From the NCBI GenBank assembly GCA_041686835.1, contig JAWLCZ010000001.1, positions 1 through 61,068 on the forward strand: a stretch of 61,068 bases of DNA. The letters run 5' to 3'. Shown here piece after piece: positions 29,462 through 37,793 of this stretch (position 1 is the stretch's first letter; the number at the start of each line of letters is the position of its first letter). The notes beneath the pieces were generated by a model that was not told where the DNA came from, searched no databases, and worked only from the letters and a program-made list of their open reading frames with translations. The translations under genes and the position numbers were made by a program. Origin of the DNA: Paenibacillaceae bacterium (GTDB lineage: Bacteria > Bacillota > Bacilli > Paenibacillales > JAWLCZ01).

Positions 29462-30355
29462 ATGTTCGAATCGAAACGGCGGGCCTTCATTTTCATGCTG
29501 GCTTCCATTTTTCTGGCGCTGGTCGCCGTGATCTTGTTTTCCGACTATATCGCGCAAACGAAAGCAAGTTTGGGTGAGATGACGACGGTGCTGGTGGCGA
29601 AAGAAGATATTGGAGCGGGCAAGCCGATTGCCGACAATATGGTAACCGAGAAAGAAATTCCGAAGAAATATATGCTCGATTCGCTCATTCAATCGAGATC
29701 CGATCTCAAAGGCAAAATCTCGATGGTGCCCATTCCCAGAGGATCGGCCATCACTTCACCCATGCTCCGCAAGAACACGATTGTCACCGGGGAGAACAGG
29801 CAGGTGATGCTGCGTGCGCCTTTGGCGATTTTTGACGATCAAATCGATACGCTGGATAAAGTGGATCTAGTTGCATCTTTCGATGCGCAGCCAGGCCCCG
29901 GCGAACCGTCAAAGCAGGATAAACGGACGACGAAAGTGCTGTTCAGAGATGTTACGGTGAGCAGAGTGGACAAAAAAGGGGACGAAATTGTCGCGATAGG
30001 CGTGGTTTTGTCTTTGGCGGATGCGAAGGAGGCCATATGGGCCCTCAACTACGGGAAAGAGATTCGGGTCCTGAAAAGCGGCAGCGCCAAAGCGCCGTTG
30101 GATACGGCAAATGCGGAAGACAACAAGACCGAGGGGACAGAACAGACACAAATGCCAACGCCGCAGCCGCAGTCCCAGGCAAAGCAGCAGGCTCCGGCAA
30201 AGCAGCAGGCTAAAGATGCGAAAAACAGCACAGCCCCGAAGGCAGGACAGTCACAAAAACAAACGCCGCAGTCTCGGCCTCCGGCTGGGAAGCAGGCTCC
30301 GGCTCCATCGCCCGCCAAACCGAAAGGAGGGCAGCAAGGAAATGGCGGCTCCTAA
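29462..30355 (+). CDS. cpaB: Flp pilus assembly protein CpaB/RcpC (SAF domain) with Q/P/A-rich C-terminal tail
   Basis: N-terminal TM (FIFMLASIFLALVAVILF), then VLVAKEDIGAGKPIADNMV (SAF-like). The tail is QPQSQAKQQAPAKQQAKDAKN... Confidence 0.7.
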   Translation: MFESKRRAFIFMLASIFLALVAVILFSDYIAQTKASLGEMTTVLVAKEDIGAGKPIADNMVTEKEIPKKYMLDSLIQSRSDLKGKISMVPIPRGSAITSPMLRKNTIVTGENRQVMLRAPLAIFDDQIDTLDKVDLVASFDAQPGPGEPSKQDKRTTKVLFRDVTVSRVDKKGDEIVAIGVVLSLADAKEAIWALNYGKEIRVLKSGSAKAPLDTANAEDNKTEGTEQTQMPTPQPQSQAKQQAPAKQQAKDAKNSTAPKAGQSQKQTPQSRPPAGKQAPAPSPAKPKGGQQGNGGS

Positions 30356-31547
30356 AATCTCGATTGTTTGCGACGATGCACAGCTCGCGCGGAAGCTGAT
30401 TCAAAGCATTCATTTTATGGATATGCCTCTGGGAGAGATCATCGACCGTCCGAGAGAAGCCTACATGCACGTGGATCCGAACGAACCCCGCATTGTGCTG
30501 CTGGCGGAACCTTCCGAGCCGGTCCATGTCACGCCAATCATTCAGCAGCTGAAGAAAGTGAACGAAACGGCACCTGTCATCTACTTGAGCAAAACGACGG
30601 AGTTCGCTTCGCTCCGGGAGATTTACCGCGCCGGCGTTACGGACATTCTGCGCGTCCCGGATGAGCTCGATCAGCTCGCTCCGATGCTGGGCAAAGCGGT
30701 TCAGCAGCTGCAGCATAACCGCCACAGGCTCGAGCTGCAGGCCGCCGCTTCCCCGGCGAACCCGGGTACGGTCATTGCCGTTTACAGCGGCAAAGGCGGA
30801 GCGGGAACGACGATGATCAGCGCCAATTTGGCGCAGGCGATCGCCTTAAACACCGGCGCGCGGACGCTGCTGATCGATTTGAACCTGCAGTTCGGCGGCA
30901 TTCATCATCTGTTCGACATCCGCTTCGACCGGAATTTGGGGGATCTCAAATCCGTGCTGCACGAGCTTACGTTCAGCCAACTGAGCAACGTTCTCTACAG
31001 AATGGAAACGTCCGGGCTCTGCATCCTGCTGTCGCCTAATCATCCGCAGGAAGCGGAAAACTTCAAAAGCGAGGATGTCGAACTGCTGCTGTCGGCCTGC
31101 CGCCAGCATTTTGATTACATCGTCATGGATCTTCCGATGGAACTCAACGAAATTTCGATCAGCGCGATCAGCCGGTGCGACCGTCTTCTGTACGTCATCA
31201 ATCTGGAGCGCCCGGCGATCCTTCGCATGCAGAGCGTTCTGGACATCTTGGACCGGTATCATCTGGTGAAAGAGGAGAATCTTTACCTCGTGATCAACAA
31301 GTACAGCAAGACGCAGGACGTTACGCGCGGCGATCTGGAGAAAATGACGACGCTGCCCATTATCGGCGCCATCTCGGATGACCGGAAAGGGATTCTGCAG
31401 ACGAATATCAATCTGGGCCGGCCTCTGTTAACCAAGCCGAAGGATAAAGGCGGCAAAGGACCGCCCCGCGATATGTATCAACTGATGACAGACTTGCTTG
31501 CGCGAACGGGAGGCGAGAAACATGTCCATCTTCCAAAAGCTCAGTAG
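30342..31547 (+). CDS. tadZ: TadZ/CpaE: atypical receiver domain plus ParA/MinD-type ATPase
   Basis: Deviant Walker A VIAVYSGKGGAGTTMISANLA. The N-terminal ~110 aa are CheY-like. ATG at 30342, after GAAAGGAGGG. The listed longer ORF is an out-of-frame overlap with the cpaB tail. Confidence 0.8.
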   Translation: MAAPKISIVCDDAQLARKLIQSIHFMDMPLGEIIDRPREAYMHVDPNEPRIVLLAEPSEPVHVTPIIQQLKKVNETAPVIYLSKTTEFASLREIYRAGVTDILRVPDELDQLAPMLGKAVQQLQHNRHRLELQAAASPANPGTVIAVYSGKGGAGTTMISANLAQAIALNTGARTLLIDLNLQFGGIHHLFDIRFDRNLGDLKSVLHELTFSQLSNVLYRMETSGLCILLSPNHPQEAENFKSEDVELLLSACRQHFDYIVMDLPMELNEISISAISRCDRLLYVINLERPAILRMQSVLDILDRYHLVKEENLYLVINKYSKTQDVTRGDLEKMTTLPIIGAISDDRKGILQTNINLGRPLLTKPKDKGGKGPPRDMYQLMTDLLARTGGEKHVHLPKAQ

Positions 31548-32868
31548 CCGGTTGGACGATCCGCAGGAGGCGCAGAAAACGTCTCACGATTACCTCGATT
31601 ACCTGTTCAATCACTACAAAGACCGGCTGCTGAAAGAAACGAATTTGGACCAGCTCATCAAACTGCCGAACTACCAGAAGCGAAAAACGATCGAGAAGAT
31701 GATCCACGATATGCTGGAGCAGGATAAGGTGATCATTACCCAGGTGGACAAGGCGAAGCTGCTCGAGATGATTTTGAACGATTCCGTCGGGTATGGGCCT
31801 TTGGAACCGCTGCTTCACGATGACGAGATAACGGAAATCATGGTGAACGGGCCGGATGAAGTGTACATCGAGCGGAACGGGAATATTTCGCTTTCGAACG
31901 TTTCCTTTAAAAATCATGAACATATACGCCATATTATCGACCGTATCGTCGCCCCGATCGGCCGGCGCATCGACGAAAGCTCGCCGCTCGTGGACGGACG
32001 GCTGGATGACGGTAGCCGGATCAATGCGGCGATCCCGCCGATTGCCCTGCACGGTCCGGTCCTGACCATCCGAAAATTCAAGAAAGACCCTTACACGATG
32101 AAAGATTTGATCGGGTTCCGGACCTTATCGGAAAAGATGGCTCTTTTCTTGCAGGCGGCCGCCGCTTCGAAAATGAACATCATCATCTCCGGGGGGACCG
32201 GCAGCGGGAAGACGACGCTCTTGAACGTCGTTTCGGCGGCCATTCCGCCCGGTGAACGCATTATTACGATCGAGGACATGGCCGAATTGCGGCTCAACCG
32301 CAAAAACACCGTCTCCTTGGAAGCCCGTCCCGCCAACATGGAAGGCACCGGCGAAATCACGATTCGCCAATTGGTGCGCAACGCGCTCCGCATGAGGCCT
32401 GACCGGATTATTGTCGGCGAGGTGCGCGGCGGAGAAGCGCTCGATATGCTGCAGGCGATGAATACCGGCCACGAAGGATCGCTGACCACCATCCACGCCA
32501 ACAGCCCGCAAGACGCGATGTCCCGGCTGGAGGCGATGATTCTGATGAGCAATCCTTCGATGACGGCTGAAGTCATCCGGCCGTTCATCTCCGCGGCGAT
32601 TCATCTCGTCGTTCAAGCCCTGCGTCTATCGGACGGCACAAGAAAGATCGTCTCCATTGCCGAAGCCGTAACGGAAGGCGGCGAGCTCAAGCTGAAGGAG
32701 ATCTTCCGTTTCAACCGCCAAGGTGTCGAGATCACCGGCAAAGTTATCGGCGATTTCGTTACGACCGGTTATGTGCCGAATTGCGCGCAGCGGCTGAAAA
32801 CATACGGGCACGAGCTTCCCGCCGATTTCTTCGCTTCGGAAGGGAGCGCGGTGGCCCGTGTCGTCTGA
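31522..32868 (+). CDS. tadA: TadA/CpaF secretion ATPase (VirB11/GspE superfamily)
   Basis: Walker A IIISGGTGSGKTTLLN, Asp/His boxes (RIITIEDMAEL, TGHEGSLTTIHAN), and RPDRIIVGEVRGGEA. Confidence 0.9.
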   Translation: MSIFQKLSSRLDDPQEAQKTSHDYLDYLFNHYKDRLLKETNLDQLIKLPNYQKRKTIEKMIHDMLEQDKVIITQVDKAKLLEMILNDSVGYGPLEPLLHDDEITEIMVNGPDEVYIERNGNISLSNVSFKNHEHIRHIIDRIVAPIGRRIDESSPLVDGRLDDGSRINAAIPPIALHGPVLTIRKFKKDPYTMKDLIGFRTLSEKMALFLQAAAASKMNIIISGGTGSGKTTLLNVVSAAIPPGERIITIEDMAELRLNRKNTVSLEARPANMEGTGEITIRQLVRNALRMRPDRIIVGEVRGGEALDMLQAMNTGHEGSLTTIHANSPQDAMSRLEAMILMSNPSMTAEVIRPFISAAIHLVVQALRLSDGTRKIVSIAEAVTEGGELKLKEIFRFNRQGVEITGKVIGDFVTTGYVPNCAQRLKTYGHELPADFFASEGSAVARVV

Positions 32869-33799
32869 ATTTCTTCTGTATGTCTTTATCTTCCTGGCCG
32901 TAAGTTTGGGGACGATCGGCGCAATCGAAATGGTATCGGTCCGCAAAAAGATTAATGCGTTGAACAAGAAGCTCAGGCAGCTCCATACGGAGGAAGCGCG
33001 CCGGAAGAAGAGCCTGTACCAGCGGCTCGCCGTCCGGCTTAACCAATCCGAATACGGCAAGGAATGGGAAGAAAAGCTGAAAAGCGCCAATATGAAGCTC
33101 GGCCTGTTCGATTGGACGCTGATTCGGGCCGCCGCCCTGTTGATCATTACGATTTTGCTGTACTCATTGGTCGGCCTGAACTTTCCGTATAATGTGACGG
33201 CCGCCTATTTTCTGATGAATCTCGGCAGCAAGCGGTGGCTGAAAATGCGCAGCGGAAAGTATGCGCAGCTGATTAACCGGCAGCTTCCCGAAGTGTGCCG
33301 CATGATGGCGAGCTGCATACGCGCGGGGCTCAGCGTGCAGCAGGCGATCGAGATGGTGGCCAGGGAGCTCAAACCGCCGGCCGGGCCGCTGTTTCAGGCG
33401 ATGTCCAGCGAACTGAGGATGGGGACGACCATTGACGCCGTGCTGGAGAGGCTGCATGAACGGTTTACAAGTAAAGATATCCGGCTCATGACGCAGACGA
33501 TTCTCGTCCAGCGCCGGGCCGGAGGCAACCTGAGCCAGGCGCTCGATCATCTCGCCAAGACGCTGGAGGATCGCGAACGGATGAACCAGGAGCTGAGCAA
33601 CCAGACGGCGGAGTCGCGGTATATTGCCTTCACGCTGGCGCTCATGCCGATTTTTCTGATCATCGCGTTCAATATGGTGTTCAAAGGATTTGTTACGCCG
33701 ATTTTCACCTTGCCGGGCTTGATTCTGCTCGCCGTCGTTCTGGCGCTGATGATTACGGGCTTTCTGCTCATTCGCAAAGTTTCCAACATAAAGGCGTGA
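32858..33799 (+). CDS. tadB: TadB (T2SS-F family inner-membrane platform protein)
   Basis: N-terminal TM, cytoplasmic helical domain (LPEVCRMMASCIRAGLSVQQAIEMVAREL) and C-terminal TMs. Overlaps the tadA stop. Confidence 0.75.
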   Translation: MSSEFLLYVFIFLAVSLGTIGAIEMVSVRKKINALNKKLRQLHTEEARRKKSLYQRLAVRLNQSEYGKEWEEKLKSANMKLGLFDWTLIRAAALLIITILLYSLVGLNFPYNVTAAYFLMNLGSKRWLKMRSGKYAQLINRQLPEVCRMMASCIRAGLSVQQAIEMVARELKPPAGPLFQAMSSELRMGTTIDAVLERLHERFTSKDIRLMTQTILVQRRAGGNLSQALDHLAKTLEDRERMNQELSNQTAESRYIAFTLALMPIFLIIAFNMVFKGFVTPIFTLPGLILLAVVLALMITGFLLIRKVSNIKA

Positions 33800-33803
33800 T
33801 ACG

Positions 33804-34730
33804 ATGATCCCGTGGATTTATTCGATTGCGATTGCCGCTTTCGTATGCTGGGCCTTCTCCATGGTCGCCTTCTGGCGTTACCAGGTACGGCGGATCAGCT
33901 TGCTCCGACAGCTGGAGATCATCCGGACGGAAAAAAAGAAGAAGAAAACATGGACCGACGACGTCAAGGAAAAAGTGTTCCGCTGGTCGCACCGGCTGGC
34001 TCCGCTCGGCAAACGGTTTCGGATATTCGTCAACGAGCAGGATCTGTCGCGTACCATCGCCCTGGCCGGACATCCGAACGGACTGGATGTGGAATCGTTC
34101 CACGGCTTCCGGTTTTTGTGCCTGTTTGCCGGCCTGTTCGTGGGAACGGTGCTGTCCTGGCTCGGTTTCGGGAGCGTGGTGCAAATCGGATTTCTCCTTG
34201 GAGGGCTTTTTTTCCCCCAGATCTGGATTCGTTCCGCCGCCGCCCGCAGGCAGGAACAAATCGGCATCGAACTCCCGGAATTTATGGATGCCATGAGCGT
34301 GACACTGCAGGCCGGGGTGCCGATGGATCCCGCGATCAAACAAATCGTGAATCATATGGACGGGCCGCTCAGCGAGGAACTGAACCGATTTCAGCAGGAG
34401 CTGGATATCGGCGTGCCGAGGGAGGAAGCCTATCTGCGGCTGATGAACCGGAACCAGTGCAAAGAGCTGGAGACGCTCATTCTTTCGCTTGTTCAAGGGA
34501 GCAAGCTGGGAGTCCCTATCGCCAATACGTTCAAGGTGCTGGCCGAGGATATGCGCGAATCGCGAGTCGGCAAGATTAAGGAAAAAGCGGCCAAAGCCGG
34601 ACCCAAGGTGACCCTGATTACGACGTTCGTCATCCTGCCGGCCGTCATCCTCTGCGTGGTAGGACTTCTCGTTCTCAATTTCATCTATAACCCGGAAGGC
34701 ATCGGGATATCGTGGGAGGAGTTCAAATGA
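33804..34730 (+). CDS. tadC: TadC (T2SS-F family platform protein)
   Basis: ELPEFMDAMSVTLQAGVPMDPAIKQIV ... TFVILPAVILCVVGLLVL. Confidence 0.75.
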   Translation: MIPWIYSIAIAAFVCWAFSMVAFWRYQVRRISLLRQLEIIRTEKKKKKTWTDDVKEKVFRWSHRLAPLGKRFRIFVNEQDLSRTIALAGHPNGLDVESFHGFRFLCLFAGLFVGTVLSWLGFGSVVQIGFLLGGLFFPQIWIRSAAARRQEQIGIELPEFMDAMSVTLQAGVPMDPAIKQIVNHMDGPLSEELNRFQQELDIGVPREEAYLRLMNRNQCKELETLILSLVQGSKLGVPIANTFKVLAEDMRESRVGKIKEKAAKAGPKVTLITTFVILPAVILCVVGLLVLNFIYNPEGIGISWEEFK

Positions 34731-34975
34731 TCCGATGGAAGGGAGGTGAGCTCTTGCTGAGAAAAGCAAGCATCTCGTTGTACTGCAATGCAGGTCGGCT
34801 GCTACGTTATGCAAGAAATCAAAGAGGAGCCCAGGCGATCGAATACATCGGCGTCGCCGCGCTCGTGATCGTGCTAATCCTTGCCCTGATCAAGCTGTTT
34901 GGAAGTGAAGGCGATGGAATCGCAAAGAAATTGGTGGATAAACTTAAAGGCTTCATCGATAAGATCAGTATTTAA
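34727..34975 (+). CDS. flp: Flp-family prepilin
   Basis: RNQRG|AQAIEYIGVAALVIVLILALIKLF, i.e. the G-x4-EY processing motif plus a hydrophobic helix. The mature part is ~52 aa. The start is ambiguous: ATG 34727 after GGGAGGAG, or TTG 34754 after GGGAGGTG. Confidence 0.8.
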   Translation: MIRWKGGELLLRKASISLYCNAGRLLRYARNQRGAQAIEYIGVAALVIVLILALIKLFGSEGDGIAKKLVDKLKGFIDKISI

Positions 34976-34997
34976 TATCCGATCTTGGACCGGGAAC

Positions 34998-35381
34998 ATG
35001 CAATGGCTTCGCAACGAAAAAGGTTCCCAGGCGATCGAATTCATCGGGGTGCTGCCGCTCTTTTTGCTCATGATCCTCATTGTATGGCAGTTTGCCCTTG
35101 CCGCCGCGGCGGCGGTTACCGCCAAACAGGCCGCGATGGAAGGTGCCAGGGCAGCGATGGTGGAAGAGGTTCAGGAAACGAGCTACGAAACCGCGGTCCG
35201 CAATGCCGCTTCCGGTTATAAGGTCAGCAAAGTGGCCAAACAAGAGACTTCCGACGGCTATGTGAAAGTATCCGTCACTTTGAATGCCCCGCTTCTGTCG
35301 AACGCGAAGCTGTTTAATACAAAAGGCCTGGAGCTTCCCGTCACGGCGGAAGCGACCGTCCGGAAGGAAAAAAAGAGATGA
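34998..35381 (+). CDS. tadE: TadE-like pseudopilin
   Basis: MQWLRNEKG|SQAIEFIGVLPLFLLMILIVWQFALAAAAAVTAKQAAMEGARAA. Confidence 0.75.
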   Translation: MQWLRNEKGSQAIEFIGVLPLFLLMILIVWQFALAAAAAVTAKQAAMEGARAAMVEEVQETSYETAVRNAASGYKVSKVAKQETSDGYVKVSVTLNAPLLSNAKLFNTKGLELPVTAEATVRKEKKR

Positions 35382-35442
35382 TCGGGGTCTCTGTCGGTGG
35401 TTTTTTGGGACGGAGGCTTCTGTTTATCGTTAGGATGATGCT

Positions 35443-37014
35443 ATGATGAGAAAGCAAAGCCTTCTGGCCCTTGTCACGATTTTTTGTCTGGCTTTCGTTT
35501 ATGGGACTTGGGCTTTTGCGGAAGAACCGGCGGTTGACTATCATTTGGATTCCCACCACATTCCGGCGAAGAACGGGACTCCGGAAACGACGATTACCGT
35601 GGAGACGGCCGAACCGGATCCGGATGCGGCCAATCCGAACGATCCGAACGGCGGGAACAAGACCGGGAATCCTTCCGCCCATCCCGGAGATGCTTCGAAC
35701 AACGGGGGAAACTCCCCAGGCGGCGGCACCTCTCCCGGCGGGACGAGACAAGACGGGAAAACGAATTCGCCGCAGGCCGCCAATCCGGAGGCGAATCCGC
35801 AGACGGGAACGCAGTCGCCGGGCACGAACTCCACCTCGGAAACGAACTCGCCGGGTACCGGGTCGCCTGATGCGAACCCGTCCGGAGAACCGGCGCCGGG
35901 GAACGCCAACCCTTCGTCCGCGAACCCCGGGAGCACGAACCCCGGAGACGCTCATCCCGGCGATGCCAAGCCGGGGGAGGCGAAGCCCAACAAGCCAAAG
36001 ACCCCGTGGTACGAATCGTTGTGGAACAAAGCGAAGCAGGCCGGCAAGGGAGCGCTTGCCGGAGCGATCGGAGCCGGTATCGTGATCGGCATCGTTGTGG
36101 TCGGCGCCTTGGTGCTGGGGGCCGCAATCAGCGCACCGCTTCTTCTTACCGCATTGGCGGTCGGCGTGTTGGCGGGGGTAGTCTATGGACTCATGGCCGG
36201 AGATCAATTCAGTTGGATCAAAGGCATCGGTATCGGCGGTATGGCTGCCCTGGCCGTCATTACCATCGGGGAACTCGGGGTCGGGGCGGCGTTGCGCGGT
36301 GCGATCCAAGTCGTCCGCAGCGCCGGGATGCGCGGTGCTCTAAGGGCGGCGGGAAGCCGATCGCTCGGTTTGCTGAGAGGAGCCTTTGGAGGCCTCCAAT
36401 CTTTTGTCCGGGGGCTGGGAAGTGCGCCTTTGCAAACGCTCAAGAAGGCGGTTTTCAACAAAGTGTTCGGTGTGACGTTCGGCACGAACCTGGGAGCGAA
36501 CTATCTCGGTCATTTGGCTTTTACCGGAAAAGTTCCGGGTGTGGGAGATACGGCCAAAATTTTGGCGGAAAGCTTCGTAAGCACGCTGATCCTCAACAGA
36601 GCCTTCAAATTTAGACTGCCGACGGGCAAATCGGCTCTCGGAACGGGCAAGGTCGGCGATTTTACGAAAGTGAAAAACTTGAAAGATTTTCGCTCCAGAA
36701 TCCCGAAACATGCAGATCAGCTGCCGTGGAAAAAGATTCCCGGAGGCGCCGAGAAAGGCGTTAAATACAGATGGACCGATACGAACGGGGATGTATACAA
36801 TGTGCGGGCTCACAGCCCGGACCCCTCCGCCCCGCCGGGCAGCAATGCCGCAGAAGGTTGGATCTACAGGGTGGAAGTCCGTTTCGGCGGCCAGGGAAAA
36901 ACGTACTTTATGGATTCGAGCGGCAACTTTCACCCGCAGAATGTGATGAAACCCACCAGCCCGATGTATAACGAAGCGATAGCCAACGACACGCATATTC
37001 CTTTTGCGAAATAA
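35443..37014 (+). CDS. Unassigned 523-aa secreted/membrane protein with polymorphic-toxin-like layout
   Basis: Layout by residue:
- aa 1-26: signal peptide MMRKQSLLALVTIFCLAFVYGTWAFA.
- aa ~55-187: N/P/G/S low-complexity region.
- aa ~203-283: three predicted Gly-zipper TM helices.
- aa ~284-400: Gly/Arg-rich amphipathic region containing FTGKVPGVGDTAKILAESF.
- aa ~405-523: compact globular domain (..GVKYRWTDTNGDVYNVRAHSPDPSAPPGSNAAEGWIYRVEVRFGGQGKTYFMDSSGNFHPQN..THIPFAK).
I recognise no family. Confidence 0.6.
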   Translation: MMRKQSLLALVTIFCLAFVYGTWAFAEEPAVDYHLDSHHIPAKNGTPETTITVETAEPDPDAANPNDPNGGNKTGNPSAHPGDASNNGGNSPGGGTSPGGTRQDGKTNSPQAANPEANPQTGTQSPGTNSTSETNSPGTGSPDANPSGEPAPGNANPSSANPGSTNPGDAHPGDAKPGEAKPNKPKTPWYESLWNKAKQAGKGALAGAIGAGIVIGIVVVGALVLGAAISAPLLLTALAVGVLAGVVYGLMAGDQFSWIKGIGIGGMAALAVITIGELGVGAALRGAIQVVRSAGMRGALRAAGSRSLGLLRGAFGGLQSFVRGLGSAPLQTLKKAVFNKVFGVTFGTNLGANYLGHLAFTGKVPGVGDTAKILAESFVSTLILNRAFKFRLPTGKSALGTGKVGDFTKVKNLKDFRSRIPKHADQLPWKKIPGGAEKGVKYRWTDTNGDVYNVRAHSPDPSAPPGSNAAEGWIYRVEVRFGGQGKTYFMDSSGNFHPQNVMKPTSPMYNEAIANDTHIPFAK

Positions 37015-37042
37015 GGAAAAAGCCCGATAAGAGGTGACCGGA

Positions 37043-37459
37043 ATGCGATTCGCAAAGTTGACCAAACAGTTAACGCAAGGCCGTGACAAAGACAAGATAA
37101 ATACGCTCAGCTATCTGTGCGACGTGTTCGAATCTTACAACAAGAACATCGAGCACTTCGACGAAATTGTTCGATTGCTGATCGACGGCGCGATTGCCGA
37201 GGAGAATTTGGAAATCAAGGGCGAATTTTTCGAGGCATTGTCCAAAGCCGCGGTATTTCATGACGTGGAGCATATCGATTTTGACAAAATCGCACAGAAT
37301 CTGGACAGCTTGCCGATTGCATGCCTTGTCAGAGGCATCGACATTTTAAGCTTTACGCACAATTTGAAGTATCTTCCGACTATCGAGAAATACCGCAACC
37401 ATGAAAATGAGTATGTCCGGGAAGCCGTGGAGACCGCCATCAAGGAAATGACGGGCTGA
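37043..37459 (+). CDS. Unassigned 138-aa cytoplasmic all-helical (HEAT/ARM-like) protein; immunity-protein candidate
   Basis: Starts 29 nt after the 523-aa gene, behind RBS AAGAGGTG. No signal peptide. Helical repeat-like sequence (IVRLLIDGAIAEENLEIKGEFFEALSKAAVF.., ..NEYVREAVETAIKEM). Confidence 0.5.
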   Translation: MRFAKLTKQLTQGRDKDKINTLSYLCDVFESYNKNIEHFDEIVRLLIDGAIAEENLEIKGEFFEALSKAAVFHDVEHIDFDKIAQNLDSLPIACLVRGIDILSFTHNLKYLPTIEKYRNHENEYVREAVETAIKEMTG

Positions 37460-37487
37460 TCTCTCTTTCGCTTCGGGAACAAGGGAA

Positions 37488-37793
37488 GTGAGAAGTTTGG
37501 GCAGACCATGGATCGAGTATTGGAAACAAAAGCCGCTGCTGCATTGGTTATGGTGGAGCATCGGATTTTTCGCCGCCACCGTTTTGGTTGTCGGTTTTCT
37601 TGGCGGGGACCGCGACTATATATCCTTCCGGGCCGGAGTGACGGTGGCCGTGATCGCTGCGATTCCCCTGATCGGCGTAACGGCGCTCATGTACATCATT
37701 GCCGACCGGGAAACCCGCAGGGCGTATAACTTGCGCCTTCTGCTGGTCGCTCTCCTCATCGTCATCAAATATACTTGGGAGTATGTTTCATGA
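37488..37793 (+). CDS. Unassigned 101-aa membrane protein with an N-terminal G-x4-EY motif
   Basis: M/V-RSLG-RPWI-EY-W.., then three hydrophobic segments. The stop overlaps the tadG start (ATGA). The start is uncertain (GTG 37488 or TTG 37497). Confidence 0.5.
   Translation: MRSLGRPWIEYWKQKPLLHWLWWSIGFFAATVLVVGFLGGDRDYISFRAGVTVAVIAAIPLIGVTALMYIIADRETRRAYNLRLLLVALLIVIKYTWEYVS

Noticed and set aside
33768-36309. Long minus-strand ORFs (33768-34814 at 348 aa; 35341-36309 at 322 aa) and nested plus-strand ORFs in the tad locus
   Set aside because: They are antisense or out of frame relative to tadC and the low-complexity region of the 523-aa gene. They are Arg/Pro/Gly-rich with no RBS or motif, and are artefacts of repetitive GC-rich codons.
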